In this document: piece after piece, positions 1 through 10,861 of the stretch
Position numbering within the stretch: the first letter of the stretch is position 1
How the letters are laid out: every line of letters starts with the position of its first letter
From: Catajapyx aquilonaris
Taxonomy: Eukaryota
Length of the DNA: 20,000 nt
NCBI GenBank assembly: GCA_000934665.2
Contig: JYFJ02001975.1
Coordinates: 45,599 to 65,598 of the forward strand
Direction of reading: 5' to 3'
The notes under the pieces: generated by a model
Database searches by the model: none
The model's input: the letters and a program-made list of their open reading frames with translations, nothing else
Told to the model about the DNA's origin: nothing
Made by a program: the position numbers and the translations under genes

Positions 1-126
1 ATTAGGAAAATCTGTCAACAACGAGCACGATAATTAAATCTGTGGGTATGACTTGAATTTTTTATGTCCGAATATACGCGTCGGATTTGTTGTTAAACAT
101 TTTCTCATCGAAAATAGAACGACTAC

Positions 127-148
127 GTCCGTCCGTCCGTCCGTGGAC
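127..148. repeat. (GTCC)4 microsatellite ending in the GTCC-GT-GGAC mini-palindrome; possibly part of a DINE-1/Helentron-like fragment running off the left edge
   Basis: gtccgtccgtccgtccgtggac is seen directly. (GTCY)n tracts are a known hallmark of DINE-1/HINE elements, but no other diagnostic was confirmed. Confidence 0.35.
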
Positions 149-416
149 AGGCATCAGGGCCTAATCAATATGAGATAGCGACTAAAGGTTTTCGGATCCG
201 GATTCATCATGACTGAAATCGGTTTTATGGTGCACTTCCGGTGACCACCCACTTTCGGTTTTCCGGGTACACTCTATCCGCCAAGGTCAAGTAGGAAGGC
301 AGGTGTCCTTGGGTTACTTGGACACCGAAAATGAGAATGGGTAACCCGTCTGTCACTCTCCTAAAAAGTGTACAGTACCTATGATTACCCAGATTACACC
401 TATGATTACTAATATT

Positions 417-894
417 ACCCACTCTGGTAAATAATCTGACGTACACCTCGTTTGGTAAGAATCCTAGTATCATAAGTTTGTAATAATAGAAAATCTCAAG
501 GTAATATTGATAACCATATAAGGTAATATGGATAATCATATAAGGTAATATGGATAACCATATAAGGTAATATGGATAGTCATATAAGGTAATATGGATA
601 GTCATATATAAGGTAATATAGGAAATCCCAGTTAATCTAGGTAATCAGGTAAGATAATCAGGGTAATCATGGTTTATACGTTTTAGAAGAACGGATAACC
701 CCTCAATATTACGTTATGATTACCCAGATTACATCCGTGATTACCCTGATTGCCTGATGATTACCCATATTACCTGATGATTACCTACAGGTATATTGCC
801 TTATGATTACCCATATTACGTTATCATTATCTTGACACTTTCTACTATATATCGTACTTTTGATTACCAGGATTACCTGATTACCAGAGTGGGT
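417..894. mobile_element. Non-autonomous foldback/MITE-like element with 14-bp terminal inverted repeats and inverted subterminal repeat arrays (CMC/EnSpm-like by inference)
   Basis: ACCCACTCTGGTAA (417-430) is the exact reverse complement of TTACCAGAGTGGGT (881-894). The left half is built of GGTAAT units and the right half of ATTACC units. Flanks of the CCC/GGG ends are TA and TG, so the TSD is imperfect. Confidence 0.6.
498..620. repeat. 22-bp minisatellite (AAGGTAATATGGATAAYCATAT) x~5.5 inside the foldback element
   Basis: AAGGTAATAT recurs at 498, 520, 542, 564, 586 and 610. Confidence 0.9.
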
Positions 895-968
895 GTAATA
901 ACCCCATGCTGACAACATTTTGTTATTGTTGTCAAATTAGAATTTACTTAGCAATAAAAAAGTCTACT

Positions 969-1230
969 CGAATCACGCTCGCGTGATTTGCGAATATTGT
1001 CTTTAAATTTTTTAAAGTTGCTAGAAATATGCGTGAAAGTGACGTGCGTGCGAGTGACAGAAAATCCCGCCCATTTCACGCTCCTTTAACCCAATGAAAA
1101 GGGTACTGGTGAGTACCATTGATCAGCATCGGCCTCACCCCAACGGGGGGACACTGATAAGAACAAACGTTTAAAAAAAAAAAGCGGCCGTCTGAATCAC
1201 GCTACAAGGTTGATTACATCCGCCATGTCT
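969..1230. promoter_or_regulatory. CpG-rich island with clustered TCACGC/GCGTGA motifs; candidate cis-regulatory element
   Basis: TCACGC or GCGTGA at 973, 981, 1031, 1076 and 1198; palindrome AATCACGC-tc-GCGTGATT at 971-988; also TCCCGCCC, CCAAT, TGATAA and CCGCCAT words. Function is inferred. Confidence 0.3.
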
Positions 1231-1582
1231 TTTGTTGTACCAGCCCGTCACCTATTCAACAATCATGTGCCCTGGAGATTCTATTCAGAATAACTATTCA
1301 TGGATAGTGAGTCGCATGGGAAACTATTTTTTTGTTAGATCAGAAAGTTCAGTTGATTATATTCCCAGGACGGTGGCTCCCTCGTCCGGATTATTTTCAG
1401 CGGGGGATTAAAATAATGATAGTGTATCGGCAGGGTGTGACGACACGTGGATTAGACTGGACAATGGAGGACAAAATAGTGGACACTTGTGTCCCGAAAT
1501 GTGATAGACATAGTTGTGGATATGAACCAGAACATTGAAATAGTGTAAATAGCAATGTTTTACATAGGTTCAATAGGTTATT

Positions 1583-2110
1583 TCAATTCGATATATCAAT
1601 ATATCGCATTCCATTCGATTTCAGTTTTGATGTATCGATACATACCATACTGTACTATTCAAGATTTCAATTTTGGTGTATTGATATATCGCATTCACTT
1701 TGATATTTCAGTTCTAGTTCGATTTATCGCATAGAATTCGATATCACTGTCGATATATCGCCATAACGATAGAAGTCGATTTTTACGTTTGAATGTATCG
1801 ATATATTCCATAAGATTCAATATTTCACTGTCCGTTCAGTGTCAGTTCAGATGTTTCGATTTATCCCATAGGATTCAATACGTCGCTATCGACATATCGC
1901 TATATCGCACACAACTCGATATTTAAATTTTGATGCGTCGATATATTGCATAAGATTCAATGTTACACTGTCGATGTATCGATATATTGTGTACAATTTG
2001 ATATTTCAATCTCGATGTTTCGATTTATCACTTACAATTCGATATTTCAGATTCGATATATTGAATGCAATTAGATATTTCAGATTCGATATATCGATAT
2101 ATCATACAAT
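1583..2110. repeat. Degenerate ATCGAT/TCGATAT-rich tandem repeat (units roughly 30-45 bp)
   Basis: Recurrent TTCGATATTTCA and GTATCGATATATCGCATA words; TATCGATA at 1633, 1796, 1977 and 2092. Confidence 0.85.
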
Positions 2111-4952
2111 GTGACATCTCACGGGATTATACAAACATAATGTAATTTGACACCCACGCCACGGTACGACCGTTATGACCGTTATAACGGTTAGATCGAG
2201 TTAAACAACGCGCCTACCTCTCTAACGGTCGCTTTTTCATCATTTCTTCCCTCTACATTTTCGACTCATCTTGATCCATCCAATCCACTAGCACACCCTG
2301 TACATCCTACAGCCTATCGTAGTTCATCATCCATGCAAATTGAGAGAGTGGGAGGGAGGAAAAATAGTCGGTTGATAGTGATTTGACAGGTCGGAAGTTG
2401 AATCGGGCTGACAGTCGCGAGAATTTTGTCTAGGGTTTTCCTATGGAAAGTTGGGTCACGGAATGTGGGGGTTTATAGGATTGGAGGGAGAGAGGGAGTG
2501 GGAGGAAGTGGGGAGTCAGCCCTTGCCACTTCACATTGGCTTGGAAACTGGGGGAAGGATCAGGAGGGGAGAGAACTCGTGGGAAAACCTGCATCAGAGT
2601 GGAAAGTTGCAATTATGGAATTTCCTTGGAGGCGGAGTCAGACAAGAAATGGGGAAATGGGGGGAAGGAGGAGAGGGAACGTTGATCCTAATTCACAAAA
2701 GAAAAGTACATTGTTGAAGATAGTTACGTAATCAAGGATTTTAATGAATTTGTGTTAGTACAAACTGGCCATTAACATCGGAGAAAATCGATCAGATAAT
2801 GTTCTCTGGGTATCCCGACAACTGGCTGCCGTGCCGGTCAATTGGCTGCCGTGCCATTTGGATGCTGCCTTTTAGTTGCTGAGTAAATTCGCTCACCAAA
2901 TGACAGGCAACCAAAAGCCGTACATTCGTGTTCTGTGACCCCCCCCCCCCCAGATAATGCGGGCTCTGTGATCCAGCACAAGGATGGTAGTTCATTAAGG
3001 CACTCAGATATAATATTACACAGTCCACATATGCCAGTCTTGCAAGTGTCTAAGTGTAACTAGGCCTAGAGGCTTTTCGAGTGAGTACCCGAGTGTATTA
3101 CAAACTGAAATTGAGATACGCATCATGTGAGTGCATGTAGGCCACAGTACTCATTTGTGATATGACTTCTCTTGAGGCCTAACTAATTCATTTGGCTAGA
3201 AATTTATGCATTGTACTGTACTTTGTTGGCGCAATGCAAATGCACTTGTTTATTTAGTTTGGAGTGGAAAATGGCGCACTATGTGCATGGTATGTGCCCT
3301 AGACCTATATACAAAAATTTTAAAATTTTTAAAATATTGAAACAGTTAACTGACAGATAATCTCTTAAAGATGCTGGTTAAATAGGGCATGTACAAATCG
3401 GTTAAGAATAGTACTTAGTGTGAGTGCTCAGTAAACTGGTTAATTCTGAACCGACATGCCAGGCACTTAATGCAAGCTAAGTAGCAGTTATTAAACGCTA
3501 TAACAATACGTGATTTGAGTAGAAGGGATCAAAGTTGTTGGTGGAAAGTTTCTTGGGGCTGCAATAATTCGATGAGATTTCCAGTATTATGTTACGAGAC
3601 TGGATGTTTTCACACGGGGTAAAACTTACGACTTGAAATATGTACAGTACCTTGCACTGTATTGCTGAATGTGGAGGATATGAGGATTATTCAAAATGTG
3701 AGAGTCTATAGCGCATAGAAGTAGTAGAAAGATGTGAACACTTTTCAAATTTATATTTCGTTGTTTATGTTTCTGAAACTGTTGGCATCCTTTCCTTCAA
3801 TTGGCCAACATGCAACTGTTGCTAAAGTTAGTTGATATTAGATGTGAAAATGCAGCAAATGCAGTGCATGAACAGAAAGTTCTAGCTTGTATGTTGTTCA
3901 TAAAATTTGCAGTGCATGAGAGAGTAGAGATCCAGCTAGGACGAGTTAATTCACAGAGTATGTACTGGACATAACTGTATGATAAATTTGATAATAAACA
4001 CAATTTATTATGATGAGTACAGAAACAACAATTACACAGAGGTTGACTAACACAAGCAACAAAACCAACAATGTTACAGTGTGGGGGTGGCACAACACTA
4101 AATACTATTAAGTTATTATTAATATAAGTTTAATATCAACTCTATTATATATTTATTCATTTTCTATGGATGGTTTATTTTATTCGTTTTTTATGGATGG
4201 TTATTTAATAAATTTTATCTGAATTGCTATTTTTATTAATTTTCTCTGCGTTGCCTTTATTTATTTGTACAGGTATTATTCGGTCTACTACTCATCGAAG
4301 TATTAGCTATTTATTATTGCTATTGAATGTGATTCATTACATTCAAAAACGGATTTAAAAAATTAGGAAGCTTAATAAACTGTCATTAATCATGCAACAA
4401 AATTACTGAAACCTGTCATTAGTGAAATATTATTAAAAACTAAGAGTTCACAACCTGCTAAACCCTTCACATTATCCCCCCTCTCTCTTCCACACCTGCT
4501 ATAAAATTCCATCGGATATTAGCTTAATCGCATTGAAGGCGTGTGTTTCAGCAACACGCCTCCCCCCTGGTGCGCCCCTAGTGGACATTGTGTTGGTTAG
4601 ATGACGAAGCCGTCCCTTAATGGCAATACAATGGATTCTCCCACACACCCTACCCTCTCTACCCCATCTATTCTCCACCAATAAAAAACTACTCGGGTGG
4701 GGGGGGGGGGGGTTGACAGCTGCCAGAGTTCGGCTCCCAAAATCCCCTCTTTCGCCTACCGGATTAACCTTGTTAATAGCCAAATGTGCGCGGGATTTGC
4801 CCGCGGGTTTTTGATCCTACCCCGATTTTTTTTTTCGTGACGAAGACCCCATGTTGGCCCAATAATTGCTCATTTGCATGCAGGTGCGACAGAGGAATTC
4901 ACTCGACCACAATGATGGGCTCCTTAGGGCTGTCAATAGCTGAAATAATGGG

Positions 4953-5250
4953 TTGGATACAACATGGCGCCCTCCATGTGTCTGGATAGTGTTTCTCAAC
5001 CTTTTTACGCTTATGAACACTTGAAATCATATACATATGTTAGGGAACGCCCAAATAGTAATAATTATATCAATTAATGACTAAAATGCATTTACATATC
5101 CTTTTATCACAATTTCTGGTTGAGACACCTGGGATACAACATGGCGGCCTCCATATGGCTGGATACAAAATGACAGCCCCATAGCCCGTTACATCCATGG
5201 AGGCTGCCATATTTGCTCCAGATCAGTACTTACCATTGTTTTGACCTCAA
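4953..5250. repeat. Dispersed repeat family with a TGGATACAAMATGGCGGC (YY1-like) core, copy 1
   Basis: TGGATACAACATGGCG-type units near 4954, 5132 and 5160, plus an inverted unit near 5200-5222. It resembles 6094-6515. Confidence 0.7.
4987..5131. mobile_element. ~145-bp hAT (Charlie-like) MITE remnant inserted into the repeat unit
   Basis: Left end TAGTGTTTCTCAACC (4987-5001) and right end GGTTGAGACACCTG (5118-5131) are imperfect inverted repeats resembling the Charlie-type CAGTGKTTCTCAA end. The element interrupts a CTGGAT|ACAACATGGCG unit, with GGAT present on both sides. Confidence 0.65.
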
Positions 5251-5924
5251 TTGTTGCCGACAAGGTCCAGTTTCAGCTCCGGATTTTCCAGCCTCAAACA
5301 TAAAGTCACCTTATGACACCCTAGGTCATAACCACTAAGTACTCGAAAATTTACACCAGCTCCTACTGGTACTTAGGTCGTATTTCTATTCATTACAGGT
5401 GCCGATTAAACGACGAACCTCGCACTGCAATTAACTTTTCCACTCTAGCCTCTACCCAGGTTCCCCCAAAAAATTGTCTGATTCATCTGCACAACACATA
5501 ACCAAAATTCCATGGAAATACATATACCCTCTCTCTCCCCCCCTGATTATCATTCGTAGGATGCTTCATTATTCAGCGAAGTACAAAATTCCTAAGCTCC
5601 TTTTATTGCCGGAGCTTTATCTCGCATGCCTGATATGAAAGCAATATTTTCCTCCCCCCTCCTCCCCCTTTCCTCCCCTCTCCTCCATACCCCCTCTGGG
5701 CCAAATTACTAGTTGGATTCGGGACTTTTTTATTATTTTTTTTGAAATTTTTGCATATAAGATGTATGCATGGATGATTCTCGAAGGACCGTTTTTTTAG
5801 AGAGGGAAAATAAGGTTAAGAGACCATTGTGGTTAATGCGATTGTTAGTAGGCACATTATTGTGTGTAATGGGGCTGGTAGTCATTCCAAGAACTCTTTG
5901 TTATGATAGAGGGGCATATACTAT

Positions 5925-6515
5925 GTGGGATGTAACTAGGAAATTTTTTAGGAAATCTAAGTTTTTAAATCTAGATAATTATTTTTTATTAAATTTTAAA
6001 AATATTTCTATGAGCAAATGAACTAACAGTGTCATAGACGGTCCCAAAGAGCTTAAATAATAGGCTATCTTTGTACTGGACTTAATATTGTACTGGATAC
6101 AAAATGTCGGCCTCTATACTGTATAGCTGGATGCAACATGGCGTACCCCCATGTGCTGGTTGGATACAACAGTTATGTAGTGTATGGGGGATGTAACTTG
6201 GAATTTTTTAGGAAGTTTGAGTATGTAGGGAGTCTACATAATTGGAGATAATTATGGCTAAATAAGAGTTTGTTAAATTTTTACAATATTTTTATGGGCA
6301 AATGAACTAACATAATGACTCCCCCTAAAAGGGTGCGTGCCCTCAAATGGGGTTAAAAAGAACTAACGTAATGACTGAAAACTACACAAGTGTCCTGTAT
6401 GGCCTTAAATAATAGGCTGGAAACAAAATGGCGGCTGGATGTAACATGGCACATCATTAGGCCGCTGGAGGCGACCATTTTTGGTCCAAATATGGATCTA
6501 TCATTGTTTTGAGCT
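5925..6515. repeat. Diverged direct duplication (~5925-6130 vs ~6187-6435) of the same YY1-core repeat family
   Basis: Shared blocks in the same order: GGGATGTAACTWGGAA..TTTTTTAGGAA, AGATAATTAT, AATATTTYTATGRGCAAATGAACTAACA and CTTAAATAATAGGCT, followed by TGGAWACAAAATG. Confidence 0.8.
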
Positions 6516-7632
6516 ATCTTACTCAATTTTATTCTTCTTAATTGTTAAAAATTCATCTGCATTAACATATTGTATTCATTTACTTAACTAGCACTTTACG
6601 ATAAACCCAATATCTTCTAATATCAGTGATTGACCCATACTTCGTGCAAGGCGTCCACACCCCTAGTTCTTTGTCCATTTGCGTGCCAACCATAACTCAC
6701 AACTTAATCTACGAAATTGGTCCGCCGGTCAAACTATCGGTAAGATGACAATAGAACCCATCTTTACCCCCCTCTCCCCCTCCCCATCTATAACCGACCC
6801 TAAGCTAATGGAGTATTTAAGACCCCCAGAAAGTCAGCTACACAAACAAATGTCCCCTAGCTCGTTCGAGGTGTCATTGTTAGTGTCCAATGAAAGCATA
6901 GTGGGGTGGTGTTGGGGGGGGGGGGGGNGGGGGACTGGTAATGGAAGTGCCAATGAATGACCCCCACCGAATTCTATTACATTCAACCTCATTTAGTAGG
7001 CTAAACAATAGGTCCCCGCATACACAAACAAGTCTAATAGATGTCTTCCTTTTATGAAAACCGCGCTGTGGTTTAGAAAGTCCGTTGTAGGAAATTGTCT
7101 AGTTAACTTGGGAAACTGGGTTTAGAATTAAGTACCGGTCGAGTACGAACTTTCGTTTTAAAAAAAATTTGGGTATGCGAAACTAGAGGGGGTGAAATTG
7201 CAGTAATTTATATGAAGGAATCCTGGAATATTGTGCAGGGGGCATTGTGTAGGCCTGGTTGGTATATTCAGGGACGCTGCCGCATTGGCGCTGTGGTTTG
7301 TAGGCCGCTTTCCTTTATCTTGTATTAAATTGAGGTCAGCTTCATTTTCATAGCTGAATCTATAATAAATGGCTCTAATTAGTTAGTCACTGGCACTTGT
7401 GGCCATCCTGGGTGACCTAGACCAGTAGAGTCGACTAATAATGATGATTGCGGATTCTGATGAGGGGCAACGGCTGCTCGGGTCATGATCCTTCCTGCTA
7501 TCCTAGATCTAGAACACATCCGTCATTTCAAACACTGCTCTAACAAATCATAGTTCGCTGGCATGAACCTCAGCTCACATGGAACTGTAACTCTGACTCT
7601 AATACGGTTTCTTACAGCATATGACAAAATTG

Positions 7633-7831
7633 CAGGGTGTTCCAAGTTAGTGGGTCTTTTTTTTAGTTATGACTGATATCGTTCGAAGTGGTTATTTTTG
7701 TGTAGCTTGTTGTGCCCAAATAATCGAGGCACCTGGATCTGGATGCTACAAAAAAATAATAACTATTTCGCGAGAAATTTCCTATATTGGGCCTAACTAT
7801 TTTAAAAAAACCACGAACTTGGAACACCCTG
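7633..7831. mobile_element. 199-bp Tc1/mariner-type MITE
   Basis: CAGGGTGTTCCAAGTT (7633-7648) is the exact reverse complement of AACTTGGAACACCCTG (7816-7831), and the match extends to 21 bp with one mismatch. Flanks are TG and TA, consistent with a TA TSD carrying one substitution. Confidence 0.8.
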
Positions 7832-7836
7832 TATAT

Positions 7837-8174
7837 CATCTCTTTTAAGTAGTAGAGTACACTGGAAGTTATTTTAACCAACAGTGTATGCAGTTCTTTT
7901 TGGTAACATCGAAGAGTAGCAGCTATTTTCAGTAACAGCGTACACTAGCAGTTATTTTCAGTAACAGCGTACACTACCAGTGATTTTAAGCAACAGTGCA
8001 CGCAGTTATGTTTGGTAACATTGAAGAATAGCAGTTCTTTTTGGTAACATTGAAGAATAGCAGTTCTTTTCAGTAACAGCATACACTAGCAGTTCTTTTT
8101 GGTAACACTGAAGAGTAGCATATCTTTTTCAGTAACAGCGTACACTAGCAGTTCTTTTAAAGGTACAGTGCTTG
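7837..8174. repeat. 25-30-bp minisatellite with three interspersed unit variants
   Basis: About 12 units: A CAGTTCTTTTTGGTAACATYGAAGARTAG, B CAGTTMTTTTCAGTAACAGCGTACACTAG, C CAGTKATTTTAAGCAACAGTGYAYG. Confidence 0.9.
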
Positions 8175-8854
8175 CAATAGCAATACTTTGCCAGTGTTTT
8201 GGATCAGAAGCTACAGATTCGAGCATTCGGGTTATACATCACTTAACATAACCTGTCCAAACCTAACCTTCAGCCTCGAACGACCTCCCTCCTGTCAACG
8301 AGTCTCTGAAACAAAAGCGCATTAGCCTGAACCTTTTCTCCCAGCAAATGAATTGGCCTACTCAGACCGTGGATAAACCCTCGGATCAGATTGAGTCTAG
8401 GCGCCGTGAATGGTACGCTTCCCCCGGATGATCCCTAGGGTCCATCATCCGGGGTGGTGTAGCAGCCCTGTCAATGCTAGGGGTAGGGAGGGGTATAGGG
8501 AATGGAGGGAAGAGGGGGGAGGAATGGAGCATATGGCAGTCCATTTGGGTGATTGTGGCCCCGCGTGAGGAGACCACACTTAATAGAATTCGGCTTGGCT
8601 TTATGGCCGTGGGATTACCCATCCCTTTGTCTGGCCCCGTTCGACTACCATGCTGCTCAGCTGACTGTCATACTGCAGGGGCCCCTGGGCCAAACCATGG
8701 TTCTGCCACCCCCTTGTGGGGACAGGGGGGAGTTAATTCAATTGACAGTTTTTTGGGGCATCTCCTGTGGTGCTAACAGCTGACCTATAGATCATATGTG
8801 AGTCATATGAGTAGGTCACCCACTCACCAAGGTGTGAATGTGATGAGTAAGACC

Positions 8855-9790
8855 ATTATTAATTAATTTATCAATATGGTAGTTTGTTTATTTATTCAAT
8901 ATTTTATTTATTCATTCATTCATATAGTATTTAAGTTATTTATTTATTTATTCATTCATTCATATAGTATTTTAGTTATTTATTTATTTATTTATTTATT
9001 CATATAGTATTTTAGTTAGTTATTTATTTATTCAGCAATTAATTTATATTTTATTTATCTATTTAATATAAAGGTAATATATTTTAATTTACCTTCATTT
9101 AATTTAAAGGTACCGGTAATATATTTTAATTTACCGTCATTTAATTTCTAGTAATCAATTTCATTTAATTTAGCTGACTTCGTTTTAATTTATGTAATGG
9201 ATTAATTTTTATTCATTTTAACTAATTTTATTTGTTTCTAATTAATTAACTTTATTTTAATTGACTCGTTTTTGGTTTACGTAATTAAATAATTTTGTAA
9301 ATTTTTGTTTATATTGTAAATGTTCCGAGTAATACCATTTTTTTATTTATTTATTTATTTATTCAGTGATTTAGTTATTTATTGAGAATGAGAAATGAGA
9401 GATGATTGAGAAATATTTAATATATCTATTTTCAAATAAGAGTAATCAATTTTCATTTACTTTTATTTAATTTAAAGTAATCAATTTTCATTTACTTTTA
9501 TCTAATTTAAAGTAATCAAGTTTCATTTACCGGTACTTTTGTTTAATTTAAAGTAATCAATTTCATATATTCTTGGTTAATTTTATTTATATTTAGTCTC
9601 AATAATATTTTTAACTTTAAATTCATATATTTTGAATTACTTAAGTTAATTTTATTTGACTCATTTGTTTCTTGTAATTAAATTTTTTCGTAAATTTCCC
9701 ATTATTTGATTAATAATTTTTATTTATTTTGTGCATATCGTATTTTCATTTATTTTGTGTAGGCCCATATCGTATTTTTAATTAATTGTG
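8855..9790. repeat. Very AT-rich low-complexity block containing 40-bp and 35-bp tandem repeats
   Basis: CATATAGTAT at 8921, 8961 and 9001 (period 40); AGTAATCAA at 9441, 9476, 9511 and 9552; a duplicated unit at ~9070-9150; (ATTT)n runs. Confidence 0.85.
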
Positions 9791-10609
9791 GGCTCGTCCA
9801 TTACCTACGCATTTCATGTGTGATGGCATTCATATGTTCATATGCTTACAGTGTGTGGTCAATATTGTTAGCCTGTGTCCCTGCTGACCTCCGCTACTAA
9901 AATTCTGTGTCCCTTCCCCTCGAAATTATACTTTGTAATTAACTCTCCAGCCAGATTACTGCAGGTAAATACAACAAGGTTTTTTTTACAACCAAAAACA
10001 CCCAACTTCATTTGCATTTAGAGCATAATTCGCATAAGGAATAATTTATCTTAACCCCCAGTACTTTTTTCCTCTCACCGCCTCCCAAAATACTCATGCA
10101 TTTCTACAGCAAGAATACACACCTAATTTGGGTCCAGCCCACTAGAAAAACAACAACAATAAAAACAAAAAAAAAAATGTAAGAGGAAAAAATAGGCGTA
10201 ACACTGAGGCCTTTTGATATAATCCTACATAACGAGGAGGAAAAGGCACAATTTTCATTCCTAGGGAACTCACATACGGAGCAATTAGGTCACTATTATG
10301 AGCCGTTACGCACCGAGTCTGCGGTTATTTGTGTGTTTGCACCGCGGTTTATGACTCGGTGAGGCTCGTTATGTCCGGGCGAGTAGGCCTCCGGAATGGC
10401 CCCGGGGCCAAAGGAGGGTTCAAAAAACTGGGGTGTGCAACTTTAAGCCAAGACTTAGCAGTAAATAATGCACTGCTTGTGTATTTATCTCATTTAAAAA
10501 TAAATAAATAAGGAAGGATTATTATAGGCTATATATTAATTCAATCTACCCAATCTATCTATTATATTAATTCAAAAGGAATAATTTGCACATAATTTAG
10601 CACTTTTCA

Positions 10610-10792
10610 AATTATTAAGCAATTTAAGAATTAATTTGGCAATTTAAGAAATTATTATTAAGCAATTTTAAAATTATTTAGCAATTTAGAAATTTATTTG
10701 GCAATTTAAGAAATTATGAAGCAATTTTAAAATTATCCAGCAATTTAAGAATTTATTTAACAATATTTAAAATTTGTTTAGCAATTTAAAAA
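10610..10792. repeat. ~20-bp AT-rich minisatellite with a GCAATTT core
   Basis: GCAATTT at 10619, 10639, 10662, 10681, 10701, 10721, 10740 and 10781. Confidence 0.85.
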
Positions 10793-10861
10793 TGATAATC
10801 AGGGAAAATCACCAATAAAAATATTGAAAAAAATACAAAAATGGCAACACTGTACGAATTA

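Noticed and set aside
225..605. 126-aa minus-strand ORF
   Set aside because: Its N-terminal half is a translation of the 22-bp minisatellite, and it has no recognisable domain.
1220..1293. CCGCCATG Kozak-like start
   Set aside because: The frame closes after about 22 codons and no convincing exon structure was seen. Small exons elsewhere cannot be excluded without RNA-seq.
2819..2855. 17-bp direct repeat CAAYTGGCTGCCGTGCC x2, NFI-like
   Set aside because: The spacing does not fit TTGGC-N5-GCCAA; it is probably a simple local duplication.
4789..4812. GC hairpin followed by a T run, resembling a rho-independent terminator
   Set aside because: The stem is short, there is no upstream gene, and the context is non-bacterial.
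7441..7500. ATGATGA...CTGA (C/D snoRNA boxes) and CTGATGA (hammerhead core)
   Set aside because: The boxes are too close together with no terminal stem, and there is no downstream GAAA or helices for a hammerhead.
7837..8174. CRISPR-like repeat/spacer appearance
   Set aside because: The variable parts are short and recurrent rather than unique spacers, there are no cas genes, and the context is eukaryotic.
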